A stretch of DNA of 64,000 nt from positions 3,965 through 67,964 of the forward strand of contig JALHSY010000055.1 of assembly GCA_022865455.1 (NCBI GenBank). The letters run 5' to 3'. This document shows, piece after piece, positions 18,008-26,554 of this stretch. The position numbers and the translations under genes are program-made. The notes beneath the pieces are model-generated. The model was not told the DNA's origin and did no database searches. It saw only the letters and a program-made list of their open reading frames with translations. The stretch is from Candidatus Bathyarchaeota archaeon. GTDB taxonomy: Archaea; Thermoproteota; Bathyarchaeia; Bathyarchaeales; Bathycorpusculaceae. Every line of letters begins with the position of its first letter. Position 1 is the first letter of the stretch.

Positions 18008-18235
18008 TCATTCCCACTTTATTTTTTTGAAAAACTCTATCTGGTGTCCTACTGCTTCTAATTCTTTGATGGCTGCTTGCCTTAGTCGTTCTCGAACCCA
18101 AACGGAAAGAGGGGCCCCAGAAATCTTGGCGGCATCTTGGAATGCTTGCTTTTCAGCCTGTTCGAGTCGGATAAATAGCGATTCGACCTTTTTGTCTTCG
18201 GCTTTCTTGCTTGGTCTTCCGCGTCCAGCCATCAC
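18008..18235 (-). CDS. Ribbon-helix-helix-like small protein
   Basis: 75 aa with FIRLEQAEKQAFQDAAKISGAPLSVWVRERL, typical of RHH antitoxin or regulator folds. Its stop lies 3 nt from the GmrSD-like start. Confidence 0.55.
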   Translation of the reverse strand: MMAGRGRPSKKAEDKKVESLFIRLEQAEKQAFQDAAKISGAPLSVWVRERLRQAAIKELEAVGHQIEFFKKIKWE

Positions 18236-18334
18236 AATCCACAGAGCTATTTTTTGTATATCTTATTAATATACTTTTTCTGAAAAACGGAATTAATGTA
18301 TAATTATGGTATAGACAAAAATCGAGATTTCGGG

Positions 18335-18487
18335 CTACTTTATCCTGATTCTTTGTTTGATCCGATTTTCCCATTCCGCTTGTGTTACTATGCCCTTTTC
18401 TTCAAGCAATTCAACTAGGCTCGTAAGCATGGTATCTAACAAGTCAACTTCCTCTGAGAGTTCTCGTTTCGGTTTATTCTTTGCCAT
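18335..18487 (-). CDS. Small hypothetical protein (50 aa)
   Basis: My own translation gives MAKNKPKRELSEEVDLLDTMLTSLVELLEEKGIVTQAEWENRIKQRIRIK. Its start overlaps the stop region of the preceding small ORF. It is below the ORF-track size cut-off. Confidence 0.35.
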   Translation of the reverse strand: MAKNKPKRELSEEVDLLDTMLTSLVELLEEKGIVTQAEWENRIKQRIRIK

Positions 18488-18641
18488 GTTTTCCACCCTT
18501 CGTTAAATATCCCTTCTCTGAGAGCCAACTCATTATTATTGTTCGCAGCGTGTCTGAACACGTTTCGCCTATCGTTCCAACTAACTCTTTGTTCAGGAGA
18601 TCAGCAACATTTTCAGGAAGTGCTACTAGGACTTTTCTCAT
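18474..18641 (-). CDS. Small RHH/CopG-like protein (55 aa)
   Basis: My own translation gives MRKVLVALPENVADLLNKELVGTIGETCSDTLRTIIMSWLSEKGYLTKGGKHGKE. Its ATG overlaps the transposase TGA (ATGA). Confidence 0.4.
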   Translation of the reverse strand: MRKVLVALPENVADLLNKELVGTIGETCSDTLRTIIMSWLSEKGYLTKGGKHGKE

Positions 18642-19579
18642 TTCACAATCGCCTCCATTTCTCTTTTCTCTACCTTCTCAGGACTTGTTGCTTTGGCTAG
18701 AAGTTGTGCTTCATATTTTGTTGCTTCGTCTATCAATCCTTTCCATGTGCAAGGTGCTTCTGTTCTAGCTGCTTGTGCTGGCGTTTTACCGTTTAGGCTT
18801 TGGTGAGGTCTAACATAGTTGTAATGAATTGTGAAACCTTCCAGAAGTGCTTTTGTAGACTCAAAGCTTTTGAGTCCTCTCATCACTCTTGTGCGGTCTT
18901 TGACTGTTCCATGCATTCTTTCAACGATATTGTTTGTCTCTCTAGCTCGTATTCCGACTCTCTGTACTAATTCAGGTCTTGTGTCTTTTCGCATAGTATA
19001 GAAGACCTTGTTGAAAGCGGTTTCATATACAAAGCTACCGTCTACGAATACGGCTCTAGGTCTAACCTTGCTCTGTTCATATCCTTGCTTGAATACTGCT
19101 ATTGTGTCTTCTAGGGTTCTTGTTCCTGAGACGTGAGACGCAACCAGAAACTTCGTATCTTCGTCTATCATTTCCCAGAACCACACATTCCGCCCTTCAC
19201 ATGATAGCATTGTTTCGTCTTCATGCCATAAACCCGAAAGTTGAGGCGTGAGAGTAACCACGAAATCCTTAACCAACTTTGAGTATTTCTTTATCCAATT
19301 CAGGATTGTTACTTGACTGAAGGTTTCTCCGAATATCTGCTCTAGGTTTCTCTGAGTCTTGCGTAGCGATAGACCGTCATAATATAGGTTTAATGCGGTG
19401 ATTATGAGGTTCTTATCTGCCTTCATTTTGGCGAATCGTGCGTTCTCGTAGAAGCGGTGTCTACAGTCTTTGCACTTGTAGACTTGCTTGCCTTTGACTT
19501 TGCCGTCTTTCACGACTTTTTCAGAGCCACAATATTTGCATGGCATACGTCTCACAGGTATACTATAAGATACCTTCAC
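18638..19579 (-). CDS. IS6-family-like DDE transposase with N-terminal zinc finger
   Basis: 313 aa with CKYCGSEKV...YKCKDCRHRF, the DDE residues (WHEDETM, VFVDGS, NNIVERMHGTVKDRTRVMRGLKSF) and C-terminal YVRPHQSLNGKTPAQAA. Confidence 0.85.
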   Translation of the reverse strand: MKVSYSIPVRRMPCKYCGSEKVVKDGKVKGKQVYKCKDCRHRFYENARFAKMKADKNLIITALNLYYDGLSLRKTQRNLEQIFGETFSQVTILNWIKKYSKLVKDFVVTLTPQLSGLWHEDETMLSCEGRNVWFWEMIDEDTKFLVASHVSGTRTLEDTIAVFKQGYEQSKVRPRAVFVDGSFVYETAFNKVFYTMRKDTRPELVQRVGIRARETNNIVERMHGTVKDRTRVMRGLKSFESTKALLEGFTIHYNYVRPHQSLNGKTPAQAARTEAPCTWKGLIDEATKYEAQLLAKATSPEKVEKREMEAIVK

Positions 19580-19712
19580 TCATATATGTCTTGTGGTATG
19601 TCCACAAGATACCCAACTTGATAGTAGAAAATGTTTATTAGTAAGCATAAAGAAATACTTACTGTATTTAGTACTCAAAAATACTACAAGCATGTATGAT
19701 TGAGGGAAATGA

Positions 19713-19868
19713 ATGACAAAAAACCACATAACCGTTCGTTTGCCCCCAGAATACATAGAATGGCTTGAGAAAAAAGTTGAAGCCCACGATTATGGTTCAG
19801 TCAGTCATGGCATAACCCAACTTATCCGTGACGAAATTAGACGAGAAGAAGGCAAGAAAAATGAATGA
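19713..19868 (+). CDS. Small RHH (CopG-like) protein (51 aa)
   Basis: My own translation gives MTKNHITVRLPPEYIEWLEKKVEAHDYGSVSHGITQLIRDEIRREEGKKNE. Its stop overlaps the ATG of the next gene (ATGAATGA). Confidence 0.5.
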   Translation: MTKNHITVRLPPEYIEWLEKKVEAHDYGSVSHGITQLIRDEIRREEGKKNE

Positions 19869-20445
19869 AAAAAGGCGCATTGAAGACGACCTTTCGATTA
19901 CTCAGAAGGTATCTATCCTGCTTATTGGAGCCAACAGTTTTCAACCAATAAGAGGCAAACTTTGGTTCCAAAAAGAACTGTTTCTGATTGCACGAAATAT
20001 CGGAGAACTAGCCGAAGAAGCAGATTTTGAAAGTGACTTTATCGGACCATACTCTGAAATAGCCGACGAAGAGCTAGACCAACTTAAAAGGGAAGGCATC
20101 GTTTCCAAAGAAAAAGTTGAGTTGACCCCTCTTGGTCGTGATGTAGCTAATCGACTTAGAGTACAAAGCCCGCCTGCGATACTTAAATTAGTTTCAGAAA
20201 TGAAACGTTTCCTTAACAATCTGACAAAAGAGGAATTGCTTGGCTTCATATATTATTCATATCCAGAAATGCGAGTGGACTCTGTTGAGTTTGCAGAAAT
20301 CGACAAAAACAGAGTACAGATAGCTATTAGTTTGTTTGGAAAGCGCAAAGTAAGTCTGGGCAAAGCCGCACTGATTGCTGGGATGAGCCAAGATGATTTT
20401 ATTAGTGAATTGAAAGCAACAGGCGTCAGAGTTTTCGCGGAGTAG
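19861..20445 (+). CDS. Putative antitoxin: Panacea (DUF4065)-like N-domain plus UPF0175-like C-terminal HTH
   Basis: Contains GKLWFQKELFLIA...DFIGPYSEIADEEL (Panacea-like pattern) and C-terminal VSLGKAALIAGMSQDDFISELKATGVRVF (UPF0175-like). The track ORF starts at a GTG at 19828. The ATG at 19861 is coupled to the upstream RHH. Confidence 0.55.
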   Translation: MNEKRRIEDDLSITQKVSILLIGANSFQPIRGKLWFQKELFLIARNIGELAEEADFESDFIGPYSEIADEELDQLKREGIVSKEKVELTPLGRDVANRLRVQSPPAILKLVSEMKRFLNNLTKEELLGFIYYSYPEMRVDSVEFAEIDKNRVQIAISLFGKRKVSLGKAALIAGMSQDDFISELKATGVRVFAE

Positions 20446-20452
20446 ATACTTT

Positions 20453-20953
20453 TTGAAACTGGTTTTGGATGCATCTGTCATTATTGCATTCTTTAGAGAG
20501 CTAGATGATGGACAATTCCTTTATGCTCTAACCAAAAAGGGTTTTGAAATCTATGTTACAGATGGAGTCATAGTTGAGGTTAAGAAGGAACCAGAACTCA
20601 GTAGACTAAGACAAGCAATACGCGAAGGATGGATTGGAAGTAAGTCTGTTGAGAAGCACGAATTTGACAGGTTAAAGAACGTATATCCAATGTTGGATTA
20701 TGCAGAGGTTGAAGTCTTGATATGTTGTTTACGCTTTAGGTCTTATGACGAAGAATATTGTTGTGTTCTCGACGAAGGCCCTGGAAGGAAAATAGCAGAT
20801 TCACTGAACTTGGCAAAAACGGGCACGTTGGGTTTGCTCAAAATCTTGGAAGATAACAAAATCATTGATACTGAGTGTACGGAAAAGCTTTTGAACAAAC
20901 TGGAACAATCAACATTTAGATTGAGGAAACACAATCAGGGCATTACCCAATGA
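20453..20953 (+). CDS. PIN-like (DUF3368-type) nuclease, putative toxin
   Basis: N-terminal LVLDASVIIAF with acidic residues spaced as in PIN domains. UPF0175/DUF3368 is a known gene pairing. Confidence 0.6.
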   Translation: MKLVLDASVIIAFFRELDDGQFLYALTKKGFEIYVTDGVIVEVKKEPELSRLRQAIREGWIGSKSVEKHEFDRLKNVYPMLDYAEVEVLICCLRFRSYDEEYCCVLDEGPGRKIADSLNLAKTGTLGLLKILEDNKIIDTECTEKLLNKLEQSTFRLRKHNQGITQ

Positions 20954-22155
20954 CCCATCTGTATATAGACCCGATTTTTGTGGACAAGGAAGATGAGACA
21001 CTTTACAAGAGCAAGAGAATACGCGTTGATGGTAAATCATTTGACACTCCAATAATCTCGTATGATATGACTGTATTTAGAAGCAACGATAGGGTTGCTC
21101 CCCCGACAAAAGGATTAAATGAGATCTACCAGTTGATGGGAACAGAAAAGGTTCCTATAGGAAAACTAATGTCTAACATGAAGGCAGAAAAGGATTTTGA
21201 TGTTAGACTTCAGACCAAGTTTGGTCGAACTGATTCCGCTCATGAGGTAAACATCGGGATCTTGGAAAGCGAATCAGCATCGTATCCTTCGGGGACAGAA
21301 CTAGATTATGTTTTGAAAACAGCATCTATAATTTCGGACATTGTTCCAATTCCTAACTTTCATAGCATAACGGCAAACATTGACTCTGATTCTCAGTTCT
21401 TGGAATACACCAAGTTCTTGGAAAATGTGATTTCCAACGTCGAATCTTACAAAGATAGAAAACCCATCATGGGTGTGATTCCTAAACTATCATACACAAA
21501 CACTGAGAAACTGGTCGAGTTCTATATTGACAAAGGGCTTAACGCGTTTTATGTGGATTTTGCAGCGAGAAACTCGATTACTGCGCAGAGAGACTTCTTG
21601 CATGTCTTTAGTGTTTTGCATGAACACGACTTGATTGAGAAGAGTTTTGTTTACGCGTTCAATGTGGATGCTGGTAGACTGTCAAAGAATGCTACAGTTG
21701 TGAATGCAAGAGATATTCTGTCTTATGGATTTGGCTTTGACGCAATAGGCAGAAAACACAGACGAGTTAAGGCTAGTTCTGAGACATGGCGAAGAATCAA
21801 CACGTTGCCTAACAGAGTTCGATTATTCAATAGATACGATTATGGGTATCACAAAATTCTGGAAGCTGAGAAAATCAAGGAGATTTATCCTAGTGATTCA
21901 TGCATATCTCTTGAGAAGCTTTTGAGCAACTTCTATACAAATGTCCAAGAATTAAGAAGATGCGAGAACATGCTAAACAGTGAGCAACTTGGGCTTGAAG
22001 CTAATAACCTAAAATATGTTATTAAGAACGACAAACCAACCGAGTATTTGGCCGACAAGACATACGTAAAACCAATCGACCTCAAAACAATAACCAGATT
22101 CAGAAAATCATTATCTACCTCTGCCAAACCTAACTGGGAAAATTGGCTCAAATAG
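20950..22155 (+). CDS. Hypothetical protein (401 aa)
   Basis: Uninterrupted ORF overlapping the PIN-like stop by 4 nt. No motif recognised. Confidence 0.6.
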   Translation: MTHLYIDPIFVDKEDETLYKSKRIRVDGKSFDTPIISYDMTVFRSNDRVAPPTKGLNEIYQLMGTEKVPIGKLMSNMKAEKDFDVRLQTKFGRTDSAHEVNIGILESESASYPSGTELDYVLKTASIISDIVPIPNFHSITANIDSDSQFLEYTKFLENVISNVESYKDRKPIMGVIPKLSYTNTEKLVEFYIDKGLNAFYVDFAARNSITAQRDFLHVFSVLHEHDLIEKSFVYAFNVDAGRLSKNATVVNARDILSYGFGFDAIGRKHRRVKASSETWRRINTLPNRVRLFNRYDYGYHKILEAEKIKEIYPSDSCISLEKLLSNFYTNVQELRRCENMLNSEQLGLEANNLKYVIKNDKPTEYLADKTYVKPIDLKTITRFRKSLSTSAKPNWENWLK

Positions 22156-22160
22156 GCCAT

Positions 22161-22181
22161 CACAAATGACTTAACAGTATC
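22161..22181 (-). repeat. 21-nt repeat, inverted copy C (CACAAATGACTTAACAGTATC on + strand)
   Basis: Reverse complement GATACTGTTAAGTCATTTGTG matches copies A and B at 20/21 positions. It lies between the TA-like operon and the cassette array. Confidence 0.75.
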
Positions 22182-22325
22182 GCCATCACCCGACTGTTAA
22201 CACGGAGACGAATCACCCATCAAGTTAACATAACCTCGTTTTGGCTTCTGTCACGTCTTAGGGTCATGTAGCAGTGCAAAAATGCCTAGTATTGCACGTT
22301 TCGCCCCGGGAAAGAAGAGGGAGGG

Positions 22326-22532
22326 TTAAAAGTCGAACGTGAAGTCTTTGCCGTGTTTTTCGAGCCACTCTTCTAGTGCTTTTCTACCAATTTTGGTTTT
22401 CATTGCAGAGGGCATTTTGCCCTTGTGATTGGCCCATTTTACACAGTAATCATTGAGGTTTTTGGCTATTTCTGGTGTGAGGGTCAGGTTGAGACGTTCG
22501 CTTTCTTCAGCCTGTTCCTTCTTGCTTGGCAT
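22326..22532 (-). CDS. RHH (CopG-like) protein, last gene of cassette array
   Basis: 68 aa with LNLTLTPEIAKNLNDYC, which fits an RHH strand-helix. A variant leader copy lies at 22540-22570. Confidence 0.55.
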   Translation of the reverse strand: MPSKKEQAEESERLNLTLTPEIAKNLNDYCVKWANHKGKMPSAMKTKIGRKALEEWLEKHGKDFTFDF

Positions 22533-22579
22533 TTTGTATCACCCCACATTTGCACAAGGAGAAAAAGGGAAAGGAGTAT

Positions 22580-22924
22580 TTATACAGATTGGAGAAGGGT
22601 TTTGAGAGTGAATTCTTGTGGCTGAATGGACTTCATGTTTCTGAGCGAGAACTCTTGTGTTGATTGAGGTACGGGCCCGACTTCTTCAGATTTGTTGCTG
22701 CCGTCTTTCATGCAGAACATGTAGTACCACAGGAAATGGTTCGAAAGGTACTCCTCTTCAGCCGAATCCCATTCGTCCAGTCGGAATTCCGGGTTGAAGT
22801 CTGGGATTTGTGATTTAAGGTAGTCTTTGTTTTCGCTGTAGGTCAAAGTATCATCGATGAGGTGTTCGTCCAACTCATGTTTTCTGCAGAATATTTTCAG
22901 TTGTCTAAGTTGAAGGTTATTCAT
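22580..22924 (-). CDS. Hypothetical protein (cassette array)
   Basis: 114-aa ORF. The leader GGGGTGAAAATGA lies just upstream of the ATG at 22924. Confidence 0.55.
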   Translation of the reverse strand: MNNLQLRQLKIFCRKHELDEHLIDDTLTYSENKDYLKSQIPDFNPEFRLDEWDSAEEEYLSNHFLWYYMFCMKDGSNKSEEVGPVPQSTQEFSLRNMKSIQPQEFTLKTLLQSV

Positions 22925-22966
22925 TCATTTTCACCCCAAACAGAAAAAGGAGGAAAGTTTGTCGCT

Positions 22967-23425
22967 TCACGCTATTGGTCCTGCTTTCAACGAGAACCTT
23001 GGCACTGGCTTCATCGAGTTCTCATCCATAAGCTTATTGAGGAACTCGAGGATTTCCTTTTCTCTCTGCTTTTCTTTCTCTCTGCGGCCTAGCTCTTCAT
23101 AGCGTTGTGTCTTTTCGTTGTATACATCTGGAACCGAAACTACGAAGGATATTTTGGTGCGGTGACTGCTTGTATTGTAGAGTTTTTCTTCGATGTCGAA
23201 TCCCCAGTATTCATTCGCCTTTCGCTTCATGAAACTTATATGGGAAGGTGAGAATCGGACCGTGTACTCTCCAGTGTCAAGATATCTGAATCCACAGCTT
23301 CCAATCTCTATACGGACGCCAGAATGCGGCAGGTTCGTCACGATGTCTATAGCCACTTTGTGTACCAATTTTTGCAGGACGGTTTCGAACTGGTCAAAGC
23401 CATATTCACTTCTTATCGTTGGCAT
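22967..23425 (-). CDS. Hypothetical protein (cassette array)
   Basis: 152-aa ORF. The leader GGGGTGATAAAAG precedes the ATG. Confidence 0.55.
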   Translation of the reverse strand: MPTIRSEYGFDQFETVLQKLVHKVAIDIVTNLPHSGVRIEIGSCGFRYLDTGEYTVRFSPSHISFMKRKANEYWGFDIEEKLYNTSSHRTKISFVVSVPDVYNEKTQRYEELGRREKEKQREKEILEFLNKLMDENSMKPVPRFSLKAGPIA

Positions 23426-23440
23426 CTTTTATCACCCCAA

Positions 23441-23463
23441 CAGAAAAAGAGCCCTTACGGGCT
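23441..23463 (-). terminator. Hairpin AGCCC-GTAA-GGGCT followed by CTTTTTCTG
   Basis: The stop codon of 23455..24006 lies in the hairpin loop. The T-run is the T5 part of the conserved leader. Confidence 0.4.
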
Positions 23464-24006
23464 TTTTCGAGCTTTCATGTAACTTTCTAGAGGATAGAGC
23501 TGTATCTCGATTGCTTCAACTATGCGTTTCGCGTCAGTCTCCCAGCAAGGTATATCGTCTAGAACTCTGTGACCGGACTCGTTCTTTCTAAAGAAGTCTT
23601 TCAGATGACGAAGCGTTGGATACTGAGCCACCCATCCGCAGATGTTATAGTGTGCGATGCTGCCACAGCATAGATGAAGAAACTCGTAGAAGTATTTTGA
23701 CAGTACAGGGTCCGTGTCGACCGGGAGCCAGAGGACACCAGCAACAAGGTGACGGCCAGGCTTCTTCTCGCCGTACAGTCTGCCATGCTCCATGATTCTC
23801 TTGAGGTTCTGGAGTATCCGTTTCTTGCTCCATACACTATTTCCGTTGACCATGATTGTGGCTTTTACGTTGTTTTCGTCTATGAGGTCCTGAAGTTTCA
23901 GTCTAGCTGCAGGTTCAATCATATCTTCCAGGCGTTCTATTGTTTTCAGAAGTTCCTCGGCCTTGACTACAGTTTTTTTCTGTCCATGAACTTCTATTTT
24001 CAACAT
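23455..24006 (-). CDS. Hypothetical protein (cassette array)
   Basis: The track ORF starts at a GTG at 24018. The ATG at 24006 sits 9 nt after GGGGTG and gives MLKIEVHG... Confidence 0.55.
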   Translation of the reverse strand: MLKIEVHGQKKTVVKAEELLKTIERLEDMIEPAARLKLQDLIDENNVKATIMVNGNSVWSKKRILQNLKRIMEHGRLYGEKKPGRHLVAGVLWLPVDTDPVLSKYFYEFLHLCCGSIAHYNICGWVAQYPTLRHLKDFFRKNESGHRVLDDIPCWETDAKRIVEAIEIQLYPLESYMKARKSP

Positions 24007-24038
24007 TAGTATTTTCACCCCGAAGAAAAAAGGAGGAG

Positions 24039-24992
24039 TTATTGTTTCTTTTTTGCCTTCACCATCTCTGCTAGTGAGAATGTAGTTGGCGCCACAATCA
24101 TTGGCTGTTCTGGTTGCGGCTGTTCCTTCTGTTCTTTTGCCAAGTTCGCCAGTGAAAATTTGAATGGCGGCGGCATCTTGAAATAGTATTCTTGAAGGTC
24201 AGCGGGATCCCAAAGGTTGCCCAAGTTCCACACCGGGCCCGACGGCGTTGAAGCGTCCAGGTTAAGCATTAACGTGTCAGCTCGGATGATGCTGTAAGGA
24301 TGGTTGCTGAAGAGGGCCATGTTCACTAGGCATGCCCGGTAAAGCGTGACGTCTATTTCAATACCGAACAGGATTAAGGGTTTTTGAGGTTCTAGAAGAG
24401 TGGCTTCTATCAGAAATCGCCCGGTCCCGACACAGGGATCCATGTATGTTATCGGTTCATTCGGCTTCTTTTTCTTCGCAGTTTTCTCATTCTCCGTGAG
24501 AACGCATTTTATCATGAAGTCAACGATCTGTTTGGGCGTCAGCATCTGTCCAAGAGAGTTCTTCCGTCCTGCCAGCTCCAGTTCACAGAATAAGTCGCCT
24601 AAATGGTCCCACGGCTTTGCTCTGGCTGCCACGACATACTGTTCTAGCATGTCTGTCTTTTCAATGTGGTCTAGAATATCCTTCGCGTTAGATGAGAGTT
24701 CAGCCGCAGGATGTATCCATTGGAGCCTCTCGCTTTTCGTGAAAATTGCTCGGTTCTTCCACATTGGAAAGGGGTAAGGGCGTATCATGTTGCTACATTC
24801 TTCTTTGACCATTCGAACATCCATTGTGGGTTTTGAGTAGATCCAGGGATTCGACAGCAAACCCAGATGATAGGCTAACAGTTCAATCAGGACCTCCCAG
24901 CTCCTTCTATAACCAAAGTGGCTTTTCAGGTCGATTTCATGCAGCATCTCGTACAGTATGTCCTTAGGGTTTCCTGTGGCGTAGCGTTTCAC
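24039..24992 (-). CDS. N6-adenine DNA methyltransferase-like protein, apparently truncated or degenerate
   Basis: Contains motif X-like MLTPKQIVDFM, motif I DPCVGTGRFLIEA and LFGIEIDVTLYRACLVNM. PPPF sits at the position of motif IV (D/N)PP(F/Y), and only ~35 aa follow it. The GTG start lies 45 nt downstream of the leader. Confidence 0.7.
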   Translation of the reverse strand: MKRYATGNPKDILYEMLHEIDLKSHFGYRRSWEVLIELLAYHLGLLSNPWIYSKPTMDVRMVKEECSNMIRPYPFPMWKNRAIFTKSERLQWIHPAAELSSNAKDILDHIEKTDMLEQYVVAARAKPWDHLGDLFCELELAGRKNSLGQMLTPKQIVDFMIKCVLTENEKTAKKKKPNEPITYMDPCVGTGRFLIEATLLEPQKPLILFGIEIDVTLYRACLVNMALFSNHPYSIIRADTLMLNLDASTPSGPVWNLGNLWDPADLQEYYFKMPPPFKFSLANLAKEQKEQPQPEQPMIVAPTTFSLAEMVKAKKKQ

Positions 24993-25086
24993 GTTGATGG
25001 TGTGTATTAGTTTCTGAAGTTTCTCGCTCGTATTTTCACCCCAAAGAAAAAGAAAAAGAGGGGTTATGGAAGGTCTAAGAATCGGT

Positions 25087-25287
25087 TCACCTGTAGGTCT
25101 GTGAAGCCTTCACGTTTGGCGTTCTCTCGGAAAACTTCTTCCCAGCTCTTTCCAAACTGGGGAAAGCTGTTGTTCCAGATTTGCTGTATTCTGTCACTCT
25201 CTTGACTCCGTGTACCATTCTGACAAATGCGTCGTTTTCTGCCTGCTCGTCCCTGCATCTCTTCTGGTGTTTACTTCTTATCACCAT
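25087..25287 (-). CDS. Hypothetical small basic protein (cassette array)
   Basis: I prefer the ATG at 25287, preceded by GGGGTGAAGAA, over the overlapping 25064..25258 frame. Confidence 0.45.
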   Translation of the reverse strand: MVIRSKHQKRCRDEQAENDAFVRMVHGVKRVTEYSKSGTTAFPSLERAGKKFSERTPNVKASQTYR

Positions 25288-25299
25288 TTCTTCACCCCG

Positions 25300-25809
25300 T
25301 TAGAAAAAGGAGGGATTGGCTATTTCGTACATTCCAAGCTCATCATATATTCTGTTGTAGCCTTCGATGTTTTGGTCGCTGAAACTCCATGCTCTTACCA
25401 GTCTGAGCAACTGCCGGCTTAATCTGATCTGTTTGCCAGCTATCTTGTACGCCCATTTTGCCCGGTCCAGTATGTAGGATATCGTGTTTACTTCAGGGGA
25501 CTCTGTTGTGCCGGTCTTTCTGTACCGTTCTACTTTTGCCCAATAATTGTCGATGGTGTAATTTTCTTCTCTAGGACAGTCAGGATAAGTCTCTTCTAGG
25601 TACTCATTGTTCTCCAGGCAGAGATACCATGTTGAGTTGTTACCGTTATAGCGTTCCACGTCCAGCTGTAGTAGTAATTGGCAATCTCGGCAATGTGGTA
25701 GATGCTCAATGAATTTGACTTCACCTCTCAGAAAGGTAATGGCTTCCATCAGCTGTCCTTCAACAATGAGCAGCCACTCACGAGTGTTCAATCGGTTCAG
25801 AAGCATCAA
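25300..25809 (-). CDS. Hypothetical protein (cassette array)
   Basis: 169-aa ORF. The reading frame stays open for a further 90 nt up to the leader at 25899 without an ATG. Confidence 0.55.
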   Translation of the reverse strand: MMLLNRLNTREWLLIVEGQLMEAITFLRGEVKFIEHLPHCRDCQLLLQLDVERYNGNNSTWYLCLENNEYLEETYPDCPREENYTIDNYWAKVERYRKTGTTESPEVNTISYILDRAKWAYKIAGKQIRLSRQLLRLVRAWSFSDQNIEGYNRIYDELGMYEIANPSFF

Positions 25810-25933
25810 GAGTTTCTTGCTTGTCTTCGGCGGCGCCTTCGGTTTCTCCTCAGGTCGTTGAATCCGCTGTAAAAGTAGATGTATTTTGCTCGTAAGGACA
25901 CCCCAAACAGAAAAAAGGGAAAAGGAAGTTGAC

Positions 25934-26137
25934 TTATACGATTCTCAGCACTAGCCAGATTACGCCCGCTATTATCGCCAATGCCAGGAAGAACAGGAAG
26001 CCTAGGAAGAACAGGATTGTAAGGATCGGCCTAAGCAATATGGCCATGACTACGGCGCCCAGAAGACTTAGGACAGACAGTGCCAACAGCAGCGCGGCTA
26101 TGCCAAGAAATATTCTTTTTCCAATCATTGACATCAC
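25934..26137 (-). CDS. Small membrane protein, two predicted TM helices
   Basis: Contains IFLGIAALLLALSVLSLLGAVVMAILL and ILFFLGFLFFLALAIIAGVIWLVL. The leader abuts the start. Confidence 0.5.
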   Translation of the reverse strand: MMSMIGKRIFLGIAALLLALSVLSLLGAVVMAILLRPILTILFFLGFLFFLALAIIAGVIWLVLRIV

Positions 26138-26168
26138 CCCGAACAGAAAAAAAAGGGAAGGCTATGGG

Positions 26169-26507
26169 CTATATTGCTGAAACTACTCTGAACTTGTTTC
26201 CGCATGACTCGCATTCTACGGTATAGTTGGCGTCGGGTTCGACTGTCCGAGTCTCGCCGCAGCGTGGACATTCAACATCAACAATGTCATCAAGCGTCAA
26301 GGGAAGGTGTACGACTGGAATTTGGTCAGTTTTGGCTGCCGCAATCTTGACTCTTTCTTCAAGCTGAGTTGTCGGTTCACATCCTAGGCTTTGGTAATGT
26401 TCTTCACAGAGGTATGCATGTGGTCCGAACTGTGTTTTGCTGTCATATTTTGCAGGTCTATCTCTTCCTGACTGTTTGCATACGTCACAGTTGGGAAGTT
26501 TCTCCAT
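26169..26507 (-). CDS. Zinc-ribbon protein
   Basis: Contains CDVC...CEEH and CPRCG...CESCG Cys pairs. Confidence 0.55.
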   Translation of the reverse strand: MEKLPNCDVCKQSGRDRPAKYDSKTQFGPHAYLCEEHYQSLGCEPTTQLEERVKIAAAKTDQIPVVHLPLTLDDIVDVECPRCGETRTVEPDANYTVECESCGNKFRVVSAI

Positions 26508-26554
26508 CTGTATTGTTCTCGTCTGGTTTCACCCCAAACAGAAAAAAAGAGAAA

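Noticed and set aside
25064-25258. A 64-aa ORF overlapping 25087-25287 in another frame.
   Set aside because: Only the 25087-25287 frame starts with an ATG correctly spaced after a leader copy (GGGGTGAAGAA-ATG).
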